DNA of 63,837 nucleotides, filler included, from Olpidium bornovanus S191 (GCA_017911155.1; 28 parts of 28 records of this genome joined end to end with filler, not necessarily neighbours in it); one strand, 5' to 3'. Positions 11,831 to 23,609 are shown, counted from the first letter of the whole stretch. The notes: a model not told the origin generated them from the sequence alone. Made by a program: numbers and translations.

Positions 11831-13359
11831 TTGGCTTGCAAGCCTCCTGACCTCGTTTCTGCCCTTGTCCTGACCTCACATGTGTTTCATGGTTCATGCT
11901 CCAGAATCTTCACGGTATTCTAGACCCGGGCAGTAGAATTAGATATATTATATCAACCTCGTCATACAGAATCCTTGTGAAAAAACACTCCATTATGTTA
12001 ACATTTAATTTACAANNNNNNNNNNNNNNNNNNNNNNNNNNNNNNNNNNNNNNNNNNNNTTAATTAATTAANNNNNNNNNNNNNNNNNNNNNNNNNNNNN
12101 NNNNNNNNNNNNNNNCATGGAAGCAGCCGCGCGGAGGGGCGGGGCGGCAGAACAGCAGCGAGGTGTTCGGCGCAAAAAAAAAAAGTCACGTGATCACAAA
12201 TCCGGTTACCGCAGGAAATATCGTTTATCCCAGATCAACGAGATAAACTAGGACAACTCGCGCACGTGACCGAGAAGGCCGACTTCATTGTGGATCCGAC
12301 CAGCGTGCCGCCGTTACATCCCTTTTGCCATTGAGCGCCAGCGCTGAACGCGCCTCCATCTTACTCGCTATTTTCTTTGTTTTTGTCACAGGCGCAGCCT
12401 GTGGCTCGGCTTGCCAATCATGTGACCGTCACCAGACACATGAAAGGTCAGGGCTTCGCCGCGAGTGCGCGCCCGATGCGCTCGTACGAGGCTTCATCTG
12501 GGCAAAGCAGACCAACGGCGGGGCCTGGTCGTCGTCCATGACGACCGGGCCGAGCCCGGCGCGCTACACGGCCGCCCGCGCCTTCAGTCATGTGACCGTT
12601 GTGGGAGAAGCAACGCACGGACGCCCGCCCGCCGCTAATTGAGCGACGGCTTGTGGAACCGTGAACACACAGCCCGGAGCAATTGGGATATTTGCCGGCG
12701 GACGATGAACTTGCCTGTATCAGCTGAGGGTTGGCCGGCAACAGGCCATTTGGTGGAGCCCAATTGGTGGAAGGGACGCCACTCGCGGAGGGCGCTCGGT
12801 GGAAAATGCGTCGGCTTCCCAAAAAGCATAAAGAACGCGATCCCTTCCTCTCTTATAATCCCCCCTCGCCTTATTTTTTTTTATTCCGGTCTGCAGTTGC
12901 CTAGCTCACTGCAAAAAAATGTACAAAATGATAGTTATATCATATTGATTGGAGATCAGAAAGAACGCGCTTACCATATACGTTAAAAGTCGGATACATG
13001 TCACTGGTGGGTTTAAAGTGAAAACAGGGCTAGTAGGAAGGTGCGGCACGGGCCTCTCCAGGCTCGTCGGAAGAAAAGGGCACCAGACGGCTAATCCCGG
13101 CGCATTAGAAATCTAGACCAAGGCTCCCGGCGGAAAAGGTTGTAAGATCTGACTCTCGTCTGGTGGGGGGAGAAAGCTCCACATTTTTGGCTGTCCATCC
13201 CAGATCCTTAGGCCGCTTTTTAGGTTCCAATCATGCTTGGACCAGGCGAGTGTGCGAGTGTGCAAGTGTGTCGTACCACTAACCGGTCGAGACTCATCAG
13301 CGCAAAAGTGCAGAAAATTTCAAGCCTCTGTTTAGAAGAGGAAAATAGGCTTACACAGT

Positions 13360-14105
13360 TCGGGGGTTTCGGGGAATTAGCGGCTTTCAGGCCGTTTGGA
13401 GCGTTCAAGCCGCGGGCGTTTCAAAGTGTTTGGGGTGTTCAGGGTGTTCGGAGGGTTTGCGCCATTCGGGCCTTATCGGGCCTACGGGCATTCCGAATGT
13501 TCGGGGCGTTCTCGGCATTTGGGAAGTTCTGGCCATTCATGGCTTCCAGGACATTTGGGGCAGGTTGGGCTCATGTTCGGCATATTTGGCATGTATGGCA
13601 CATTCCGAGCATTCATCGATTTTTGAGTGTTTGGCCCATTGCTCGCATTCAGCCCGTTTGGGTTTACCGTGCATTCGGGGGGTTAGTGTCTTTTGATTCA
13701 AGGGGATCGAGACATTTGGGGCCTTCCGGGCGTTTGGGGCGTTGGGACCTTTGCATCTAATTCTGAATTTGAACCTGCTTCTGAATATGCTCTGAATCTG
13801 CATTTGAATCTAATTTGAATTCAGTATTTGAATCTGTGCTTGATTCTGCATTAAAATTTGAGTCAGAATCCGCGTCAAAATCTGCGTCATATTCTGCGTC
13901 TTAAGCTGCGTCAAAATATGCGTCAAATTCTGCATTTATACTGCATCAGAATCTACGTCAGAGTCAATATGTCAGATTCTGGGTCATGGTCTGGTTCAGA
14001 TTCGCATCAAAATCTGTGGCGGATTCGGCATCAAAATCTCCGTCAGATTCTGCGTCGGGTTTTACGTCTGAGCCGGCGTCAGAATTTTGCCTCTGAATAT
14101 GCATC
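13360..14105. repeat. Degenerate 9-nt and 12-nt tandem repeat blocks
   Basis: 13360-13745 is ~9-nt periodic (minus strand reads PNAPNARKAPN / NAPNGLKAANSPKPPN). 13750-14105 is ~12-nt periodic (minus strand reads DAESDGDFDAES / DAEYDADFDADS), with stops and frameshifts. Confidence 0.7.
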
Positions 14106-14487
14106 NNNNNNNNNNNNNNNNNNNNNNNNNNNNNNNNNNNNNNNNNNNNTTAATTAATTAANNNNNNNNNNNNNNNNNNNNNNNNNNNNNNNNNNNNNNN
14201 NNNNNGCAAGGGGAGCCCCGCCGCCGCGCCCCGTTTCTTTTGCGGCCGTCGGGTAAGCTGTGCGTAGGAAGTCCTGTTGATAAGTTCGGTTCTCGTTCTG
14301 GTCCTACTTTTTGTCCCGGTTTCATGTTTCGCGCAGACGGGACACGTGAAACGACGTTGGTGTTTGATGCGTGGGACAAATTATACGACGCAGTGGCACA
14401 AGAAAGGCTGAAGCGGGAGGCTGAAGCGGGACAAAAAGCGGGACAGAAGCGCTACCAAAGCGGTGCACGATCATCATCGAGGCGGTG

Positions 14488-14557
<70 letters not shown>

Positions 14558-15018
14558 AGGGGGAGAAGGTCATTGCTGCGGCAGCACGGAGGCACCGGGT
14601 CGCCATGCCGCGGCGGTAAAGACCGCGGCGGTGCGCAATGTAGGTGCCGCGACATTGTACACGTTCCAAAAACAGCCAAAGCAGAGCCGTGGCGAAGCCC
14701 GCAGCGGTGCTGCGGAGGGATCGGCCGTGCAGTCGTTGTCATTTTGCCTTTGCTTTCCATACCTCATGAGCGTGCTGCAGAAAGGGCAGCGCGAGGGCTG
14801 CGTGCCGGTATAATTTCCCCCGTGTTTGCCGGGTTGTGGCGCCCGTAAAAGTACCAAAAGGGGTGGGGTTGTGACGCAAGTCATAAAAAAGAAAAAGATT
14901 GAAAAGCCCTCATGCATCGCGTGTGGCCCCGAGGGCCTTCTCCCCACTCCGCACCACTTCCCCCTCCCCACACACACCACTCCCCGCCTCGCACATCGGG
15001 GATATTCTATTTTCTTTT

Positions 15019-16898
15019 TCACATTTTCATTTCCAGCGCGACTCTCGCGCCGCCCTTCTCGAGTATGGCCACGACGTGCGCCCGGGTGTCGGGGTCGAGC
15101 GGCCGGCCGGTCTCTTTGAGCTTCTCGAGCAAGGCCCGGACGCGCGCGGACTCGCCGAGGTAGATTTCGGCCGCAGCCGCGATGTCCCGGAGGTGACCTT
15201 TGAGGAACGCGACGCCCTCCGTGTACACCAGCAGGCTCCCTAGGCTCTTCGCGAGAACGCACTGCTTGTAGCTGGCGGGAAGCTTGGCGATGCGCCGCCG
15301 GACCTCGTCTTGGCCGAGGAGCGCGTAGATGCTTGGGGGGATGTACTCGAAGATGCGCGGCCCGTACACCGGGTCATCCTCGAGGGCGCCCGAGCCCGCC
15401 CGCGCCGCGAGGCGGTCGTGGACTTTGTCCGAGGCGAGGTTGATGGCGCTCGAGAGGGACGCCGAGATCTCGGGAAGGGTTTGGCTCGCGTCCAACGACC
15501 GCTCGCGAAGCAGTGCCTCGCTTTCCAGCTTCGCGAGGAGGCGCAGGCGGTCGAGGGCGTTTTTGACAAACTCCTCCTGCGCAAACCAAGCGGCGAAAGG
15601 GGAGAAAAGTTAAATATCCGCGACCGGTTCGTTTTAACTGTGACGAACAAAGAAGCCAAAAAAAAACGAATAGCCGGGAGTGTTGGGATCTGACACGAAC
15701 CTTAATCTGAAGGAACTCTTTCTCGTTCAACAACATCCCCTGAGGAAAAAAAAAAATGAAAAATCAAACGACTGTACCGATGCAAAATGGAAAAAAAGGC
15801 CGGACTTTTTTTTTATCCAGAGACTTACAGCTAGAATTTCGTAACTGCTTGTGATAACGCCTCCTTTGTTTGCCGAAGAATCCTGTCCGCAGGGCGGCCG
15901 GGGAGGAGGAGGAGGAGGAGGAGGAGGAGAAGGAGGACGGGGAAAAATGGGGAAAGGGGGGCAGGCAAACGCAGGCGTTCAAAACAATCGATTCAGCACC
16001 GTTTGCGTAGATCGGCGATCCGCCGCTCCGGGTATTACGTCGACAAAAAGAAGCCGTTCGGACCTTTATAATGACGACGCCCTTGTCAGAAAGGCGCTTC
16101 CGCGCCTCGGTGGTCAGGAATATGTTCGCGCCCTCCACGATCAGTCTCGAAACGGGTTTGCCTTCCGCGTCTAAGAACTGGTGCCAGTTTTCGCCGTTGA
16201 TCGTGTCTGAGACCAAAAGGACAAAGGAAAAAAAAGTCCCGCGGTTTAAGTTTACACGCCGTCCGGGGAACAACGGAGTGGGATGCTGTGGAGGCGGGCC
16301 CCAAAACTCCACCCACAATTCCAAAAACGCGATCAACTTACGAGGTCGCCCCCCTTTATTTGTGGATTTGCGAGCAAATAAAAGCAGAGGGGAAGGAGGG
16401 AAAGGGAAGGGAGAGAGAGAACGTTTAATTCTATTTTCCCTGGCGGCCCCCACGCGCGCGAGACCAAAGTAAAAAGAATAATCACCCGAAACGCTTTTCC
16501 CAACTTACCCGCCGGCACGAACACATCGCTGCGCACGCGGAACGGCATCGTGTTGCGGGCTTTGGCGCCCTCTCCTTCGGCGCTGACGAGCTTCCCGTTC
16601 GGGCCCAAAAGTTTCTTTTCAAACTTGACGATGCTGCTCCCTTCTTCGACAAGGCGCAGCAGTTCCCCGTGATCCAAACCGTCGGGATCCTCGGCGACCT
16701 GTGCGATTCAGACCTTTCCCGCAGGTTACCAAAAGAGCCGCAGGGTTTTGATGACACGCCTCCCGCCCCCCCTCTTCCATGTATTTTTTTTTTGTTTTGC
16801 CGAAATTCGCGGCGCGCGCTTCTTTCAACGTACACCAAACCCGTCGCCGATCGCGACGATCTTGCAGTTCGCGCCGTACTCTCTGTGCAAGATTTTTA
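15019..16898 (-). CDS. Large NAD-specific glutamate dehydrogenase, C-terminal half (5'-truncated)
   Basis: Exons: KILHREYGANCKIVAIGDGFG; VAEDPDGLDHGELLRLV; RSDVFVPAG; NGENWHQFLDAEGKPVSRLIVEGANIFLTTEARKRL; DSSANKGGVITSSYEIL; …KSLGSLLVYTEG. Confidence 0.9.
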
Positions 16899-16998
16899 NN
16901 NNNNNNNNNNNNNNNNNNNNNNNNNNNNNNNNNNNNNNNNNNTTAATTAATTAANNNNNNNNNNNNNNNNNNNNNNNNNNNNNNNNNNNNNNNNNNNN

Positions 16999-18058
16999 CA
17001 TGGAGGCTCTGTCAGGAGGTCGCCGTTTGTCGCGTGGTGCGCGCGCAGAGCGATTCGTGGGCAGTGTGTGTTTCCCGCAACGACGTCAAGTCTTCCAAAG
17101 ACCTAGTCCCAATTTTCCAAACAAACCTCTCGGGCCTTCCGCTGTTCCTCCGTCTCGGTCAGCAACTTCTCACTGTCCAGCAGCCTCCGCTGGGCGGTGG
17201 AGTCGACGTGGGCAGCGTCATCCTGCTGCTTCTTTCCCACTCCAAGGAAGTCCTGCTTGTGCTCGAACGGGACGGGTTCCACCCGGCCTTGGCCCGCCCT
17301 CCCAAGGCCAGCCCCCCGGGACCAGCCCATCTTCTGGAGCATTTTAAACCTTCACGACGTAGGAAAAACGGCAGCTCGAACCGTGTCAACTTCGGGAGTC
17401 GGTTCAAAGGAGCGCGGCTCTGCGCCGCAGGGGCACGCGTCGCCGTCAAAGAGCGAACAGACACACGAACCCCAAGTTCGACTCGTCGATGTGCCGGTCG
17501 AGAGAGATAACCGGGAACGACGAATCGTCGTTTAAGAAGAGGTCGTCGTACTCCTCGGCGTTGGAGGCGGCTTCCATGCTTCCGGCTGCGGCCTATGCAG
17601 AAAGGCGTCGCAAAAAGGGGGAAAGGGGGCGGGGAGCAGGAGGGGTGGTCGCGCTTCGCGGGGGTAGTCATCAAGTCGGAGTCATTACACAAATAGCGGG
17701 GGAGGGGGGGTTGAAGCCGGCGAGGGACTTGTGCCAGGAGACCGGCGGGAGAGCGGAGCAGAGAAGAGGAGGAGGAGGCTGGGGATGGGGCGGGTGCGAG
17801 CAGGCATCATCCCACGTTTTATCCGTGCCTCAGTTTTCTGGCACAACGACTGTTCGCGCTGCGAGGGCGCGCGTGCTCGAGAGTCTGTTTCCCCGCTTTT
17901 TCTGGGCTCACCTCTTCGGCGGCCCGACCATCCTGCTTCTCCGAAGCCTGGGCACGCACGCGCTGCTTCGCGGGCCCCTGCGCCGGCCCGGCGTCGCCCC
18001 GGGCCCTCCTCGCCACGTAGCCGGCGTACGCGGCCTCGAGGAGGTCCTCGGCGTCCAT
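16999..18058 (-). CDS. G-patch domain protein (GPATCH8-like), 3'-truncated
   Basis: HIDESNLG|FKMLQKMGWSRGAGLGRAGQGRVEPV is a G-patch consensus, followed by DFLGVGKK…STAQRRLLDSEK as in GPATCH8-type proteins. Start MDAEDLL at 18058. Confidence 0.85.
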
Positions 18059-18302
18059 CTTCCTTTGAGGGTCTGGGCTGTCCGAATCGAAGCGCCGCGT
18101 CTCGGGAAGTACGGCCTGTTCTGCCCGGGGCGGCTCCTTCTTCCGGCCGTGTTGGACCCGGGGGAAGCGGGGGCGGGGGCGGGGGCGGGGGGAGAAGGGG
18201 GGGAAGAAGAGGGGAAGAAAGAGTGGAAACGGCGGGGAGAACGGGGGGGGGGGGGGGCCCTTCCGCGCGCGCGCGCGCGGGGCACACGCCCGTCGTCACG
18301 CA

Positions 18303-18365
18303 CCCTAACCCGCGCGCGCGCCCGGCACCGCGCGGGTTAGGGTTAGGGTTTGACCCTAACCCTAA
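18303..18365. repeat. Interstitial TTAGGG/CCCTAA repeats forming inverted repeats, upstream of the G-patch gene
   Basis: CCCTAACCCGCG (18303-14) pairs with CGCGGGTTAGGG (18331-42). TTAGGGTTAGGGT (18337-49) - TTG - ACCCTAACCCTAA (18353-65) is a perfect 13-bp stem. Confidence 0.9.
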
Positions 18366-18899
18366 GACCAGTTTGGCCTATATTGCGTAGCCGCCCGATA
18401 GGCACACGATGATTGGCATGGTAACAGGTGAAGGGAAAAGGAAAAGAAAACTTTGGAGGGGTAAAATAAGAGGTGAGGTTACGTGTAAGAGAAAGAGAAG
18501 AAAAGAAAAAAAAAGAAAAAAAAAAGTATACGATCTCNNNNNNNNNNNNNNNNNNNNNNNNNNNNNNNNNNNNNNNNNNNNTTAATTAATTAANNNNNNN
18601 NNNNNNNNNNNNNNNNNNNNNNNNNNNNNNNNNNNNNAGTCCACCGCGAAAGCCGCGCCCCACTCTCTCCGCCTTCTCCCCCTCACATCCACCACAGCGG
18701 GAGCAGCGGGCGGGGAGGGTGGGGATTGCCAATTCCCTCGTTTTCCCCTGTATGCATGGCGGAGGATATCCCTGTGGAGGTCCTCGTGGAGGTCGTCGTG
18801 GACGTCCCGTCGCGCCTTTTTTTTTTTTTTTTTTTTTTTTTCCTTTTGTGGTTATTATCTTTTCGGGCGGTTTGGCGCGTGACTCGGGGGTAATTTCGC

Positions 18900-20158
18900 A
18901 AAACCCCGAGCAGGCCTTCGGAGACCGGACGGACTCGATTCTGACCAGAGGAATCGGTGAATTACGTCCGCCGGGTTTGTTTCCGCGGACGCGAGCCACT
19001 CTCGGCCGCGAACAGTTCCGTCCCAGGACGCGTCGGCGAATGTGTGCGGTACCGAATATCGATGTTGCTTTGGACCCTTTTCGACGTCTTGGGCGTCCCT
19101 TCGCGCCCAGCTTCCACGGCTCCGTTATAAGTCGATGTGAGACTTCGTTGCTTCCGTGACGGTGGTTTCGTCAATTTTGCCTAAGGATTAAGCGAGCCCA
19201 CAGAAATTTCCTGCGCCGCCACCGATCCCGAGACAGACTCTGCTTCACAGGACGACGTTGCAACGCTTTTTTTTTGCCTTCGTCGAACGCCAGGATACCG
19301 GTGATCCGTTGTACAGTATAACCATCCCCTGACGCTGACGCCCCGCGTTTGGTGGCGCCCTGCCCAATCCGCGTCGCAGAACCCGCCCGGGGTCGTTACT
19401 TCCTTGCGTTTCGAACTGGATTCAGTACCCCGCGGGTCCTCGTACGTATCACTGGACTCTTTTTCATTGCTCCCCAGTGTCGGCTCGATGGCACTGACGT
19501 GAATCCCGGGGATCCTGCCGCGAACGCGAGATCCGGTCGTGTCGTATTTGCTAACCACATAATTGACCCGACGGCCCCCGCGTGGCGTTCCTGGCTACTT
19601 GTTTCTTGATTGGTAGTGTCGCGTGCTAGCGCTCTTAATGACCCGAATTCGACGGGAGTGCGGCGACGGCGGTGAGGTGGTGGTGGTGTGTGTGTGTGTG
19701 TGGGGGGGGGTGTGGCGTCGCAGAGGCGGTCGAGGAAAACTACGACGCGCGGCGTCGCCGAGGGGGGGGAGGGGGAGGGAAGGGTGCAGAGGCGGTCGAC
19801 GATCGACGGCTTGCGACGATGGGCGCCAGGGCTTCGGAGAGCGGCGCTGCAGAGGCGGTCGACGGTGACGGCGTGCGGCGGCGCTGTGGAAGGGCGCAGG
19901 GCTTTCGAAGAGTGGCGCTGCCGGCGGTCGACGAAGACGGCGTTGCGGCGGGCGCTGTGGCTTTTGCGCAGCGGCTCTCCGGATCGCCGAGGCGAGAGAG
20001 GCGGAGAGCCGGCAGCTGCAGTCGCCGTCAGGTCCGAGTTGGGCTCATAACCGGTTGGGTTTTGTGTGTATTTCGCCTCCCTCGTATATTTCGAAGATTT
20101 ACGCGTATTTCACTCCTTCCCCTGCGGCCAAACTTGAACTTTGTTCTCCACCACCACA
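18900..20158 (-). mobile_element. Decayed, internally deleted Ty1/copia element: candidate ~106-bp LTR + PBS + GC-rich repeats + RNase H relic
   Basis: Minus strand: LTR-like 20158-20053 (TGTGG…CAACC), PBS GGTTATGAGCCCAA at 20052-20039, then FCDADWAG…KKSVATSSCEAESVSGSVAAQEI and NIDIRY, which are copia RNase H motifs. Confidence 0.8.
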
Positions 20159-20635
20159 TCCCCTCATCCGCCTTCCCCCTCCCTCCCCGCTTCCCCGCCC
20201 CCTCCACTTCCCCCGTCCCGACCTATTTCTTGCGTCCGCCACGCCTGCCCTGCTGCGCGGGAATCGGAGATCTCCGGGGAAGCTTGCTTGGAGAGCGTGC
20301 CGCTTTCGCTTTCTTCTCGGCTTTTACGGCCGGGACTTCGACTTCGATATTCCTGTGGCAGAACTGCCCATGCCCGCAAACGATTTTGCGGCTACATCAG
20401 AGAAATTTTGACATCATGGTCTATCTGTCGCGAAGACTCCGTAATTCGCTGATTGAGGAGGTGCATACCTCAGGAAGTCGTCCCAAATTGTGCCTGATGC
20501 ACCCAAATGCAACAGGTTGTTCTTTTCCTCACCAANNNNNNNNNNNNNNNNNNNNNNNNNNNNNNNNNNNNNNNNNNNNTTAATTAATTAANNNNNNNNN
20601 NNNNNNNNNNNNNNNNNNNNNNNNNNNNNNNNNNN

Positions 20636-22052
20636 CATGAGCGTCTCAAGGTCAAGAACGTTTGCCAGCGCATCGAGACCAGCGTCGTCGTTTGCCGCAT
20701 TCACAGCCGCGACCATTTTCTTAAGAGATGCGGTCGGATCAGAGGTCGGGTTGTCCCCAAGCTGATACTGCTGAAGGCCGCTTTCTGCACCAAACGTAAA
20801 GGAGTTCGCCTCAAATATGGCGCCGGTGGCTTTTTCATCCACTAACGCCGCCTCCTGGCTACCGTGAAACAAAGTGCGAATAGTGCTTCTCTGATTTGCA
20901 TCGTCCTGCAGAGCGAAAAGGCCGACCGGTTCCTTTACCAGGACAATACATCCGAAATAAGCAAACAGAAATATTATTTGGAAATTATTGGCAAGTTTTT
21001 AACACCTCTCGATGCTTTACCTTGTTGACATAGAGACGGACGAGCGTGCTTCGGATGACCGGACAAGCGAGCGCTTCCAAGATTCTCTGCAGTTCGGAAA
21101 CAACGAATCGGTCTGTCAGCGGATATAATTCCTGCATGAACCAAACGAACCAACGGACGAAGTTGATCGGCGGGTATGTACACAGTACGTCGTCTCGCGG
21201 GTCTGTGTCGGGTCCTCCTCGCCGTTGCTTTTCCGCCACGTGGACGAAACCTGTCAGGGAACGCATACCCACATCCACCCTCGCACAGGAAAGACCCGGG
21301 CATACCGCAACTTCCATTCATCAGCACCAAAAAGATCGTCTCCGGCATCAAGTTTAAGTCTGTACGCCTGTTTTGCAAAATTATTTGGGCGGCCCGCAGC
21401 CGAAATGCCGTACCGGACGTTCTGAAGAGATATAATCGGCGCTGGAATGTGAGATTGACGTGCCGAGGAATAACTTGTAACGAATAACGCGACAACGAGC
21501 CGAAAAGCGCACCTCAAACCGCAAGACATAATCGGCCAACACCACGGTCATCGTTACAGCGGCCGTGTTGTTCTGGGCCATGTTCGTCCACACGTCATTT
21601 ATGCGCACAGGGTCGCCGGCGAGGTGAAAGGTTGGTATGTAGGAGTCGTCGAAAAGTGGCGTGTAGCCCAACGACCTCGTCCAGCCGTCGCCGAACGGCT
21701 GTGGAAGTCTCGGAAGCTCCACCACCGTGTGTTGTCTGCCGTAAAAATCGTTGTATGTCTTTGTTCTGGACGCGTCCGGACCTCCGCGGTCGAACGGCTC
21801 CTCCGCGCCGTCGACAATGTACTTGTAAGTAAACGTGTCAGGCACGTCGTAATTGCCCCAGTAGTACGGGGCGTACATATCCGGCGGGGCCAGGCGGTGC
21901 CTCTGTCCCCCCACAGAGACCTCGACGGTCTGGTTTGGGAAGGCGACCACGCCAAATTGGACCATCCGCGCTTTGACGGCCGCGGCTGCGCATAGCGCCG
22001 CGGCAGCCGCGGCGCACACGAATCGCGCCGACGGCAAACCCGCGCCCAACAT
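20636..22052 (-). CDS. cotH: CotH-family protein, N-terminal half with signal peptide (3'-truncated)
   Basis: Signal peptide (…AAAALCAAAAVKA), then YKYIVDGAEEPFDR…TKTYNDFYGRQHTVVELPRLPQP…RSLGYTPLFDDSYIPTFH. Later exons: NNFAKQAYRLKLDAGDDLFGADEWKLR; LEALACPVIRSTLVRLYVN; …LDALANVLDLETLM. Confidence 0.9.
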
Positions 22053-22364
22053 CTCCTGCTTCTGCGCTCGGGTTTGAAGCAGGGTCCGCGAACGCCCGAC
22101 GCCACTCCTCGGGAATCTCCCTCCGATCAGCGCGAGCTCCCCCCTCTACGTGCGGCGTTTTCCGCAGACGGGGTTCCAGCGGCGCCAGACGTATTTCCGG
22201 CTGGCCGTTTCTTAAATCCGCCCGGGCGGGCTTGTCCTCCGTGTGTTCCGCAGCGGCACGCGCCTCTCACGAAAACGTTGGGCTCTGGGGATCGCGGCGT
22301 CGCGTGCGCGGGCGGCGCCGTTCCTGGCAAACCCGCGCCGCCCCCTTATCGGCTGCGGTGCGCC

Positions 22365-22400
<36 letters not shown>

Positions 22401-22663
22401 CGCGTCTGAGAAAAAAAAAAAACTCGACCCCCCGTACCCCCCGGCTTTTGCCACGCAGTTTGTGCCTGTCGGTGGNNNNNNNNNNNNNNNNNNNNNNNNN
22501 NNNNNNNNNNNNNNNNNNNTTAATTAATTAANNNNNNNNNNNNNNNNNNNNNNNNNNNNNNNNNNNNNNNNNNNNCATGGGACCGTCCTTCTGAGCATAT
22601 GAAGTCCAGCTAGCGGAGTTCGCTCGCATCGCCCCGTTGACTACACTACCAAAGGCCGCAACA

Positions 22664-22738
22664 GTCGTGCTTATGCGCATATTCCCCAAAATACGTCTCC
22701 GCAGCCTTTAGATCTGTGAATTCTTCGCCGATTTGCGG
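22664..22738 (-). mobile_element. Possible FAR1/MULE transposase N-terminal relic
   Basis: PQIGEEFTDLKAAETYFGEYAHKH resembles the FAR1-domain start PxVGMxFxSxEEAxxFYxxYAxxxGF. Short and flanked by stops. Confidence 0.35.
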
Positions 22739-23191
22739 GTCCGTGACTGCAGAACTGCAAGGAACAGTCAATAGCGCATTGCCCGGCCTTCCTGGACGAC
22801 GGCGGCAAATGCAAACCTTTGTTCAGTTGTCGGGCAGGAGATCCCGTGCGCATCTTCAGCGCTAAAACAAAGAGAAGCGACTTTCCGTACCCGAGCTTAC
22901 AGATCAAATACTAAAAGCGCCGTACCCACGTTTTGACAGTTATGGACACGTTTAACGTCGACTCTACACTCCTAAACCAGTGTCCTGATGCAAATAGAGC
23001 GACATTTCCGGCTCGGCGCAGCTTTCCAGGCTTGGCCAAGCGAAGCACGCAGCCGCCGGTCGATGCTGACAAGTACTCGATGTGTTCCATTCTCTCGTTT
23101 GCACCCTCGCCGCCGTTCTTTTGGAATCGTTTGCTGGTTGCAGACAGGGCGCAGCGAAAACTCTTAATACTCAATCAATCGGATGGCCGGT

Positions 23192-23609
23192 GTGCCTTTC
23201 CTGTCCGGCGGAACATTTGGTGGAAAAGTTACCGGCGTTGTGTCTGAGACACTGTCAAAAAAGTTTCTCCGCAAACTCTAAATTCGTCAAAAACACCTGG
23301 TGAAAACGACCGAAATGGGGCCACTTTAGCAGCCGCTGGCATTTTCCCCGAGAAAAATTCCCAAAACGGGCGAAAATGGTCTGGCCGGAGCAACGCCGCT
23401 CGTGCCTTTCCTGTCCGGCGGAACATTTGGTGGGAAAGTTACCGGCGTTGTGTCTGAGACACTGTCAAAGAAGTTTTCCACAAACTCTAAATTCGTTGAA
23501 AACACCTGGTGAAAACGGCCGGAATGGGGCCAATTTAGCAGCCGCGGGTATTTTCCTCGAGAAAAACTCCCAAAACGGGCGAAAATGGTCTGGCCGGAGC
23601 AACGCCGCT
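23192..23609. repeat. Two-copy ~210-bp tandem duplication
   Basis: GTGCCTTTCCTGTCCGGCGGAACATTTGGTGG…GGAGCAACGCCGCT starts at 23192 and 23402, with scattered substitutions. Confidence 0.95.

Noticed and set aside
14330-14480. Exon-like DGTRETTLVFDAWDKLYDAVAQERLKRE
   Set aside because: Single short segment ending in a poly-G tract, with no partner exons or family; not enough support to call.
20039-20052. GGGCTCATAACC hits as tRNA-iMet genes
   Set aside because: No acceptor, D or T arms around any of the four copies; the context fits a PBS.
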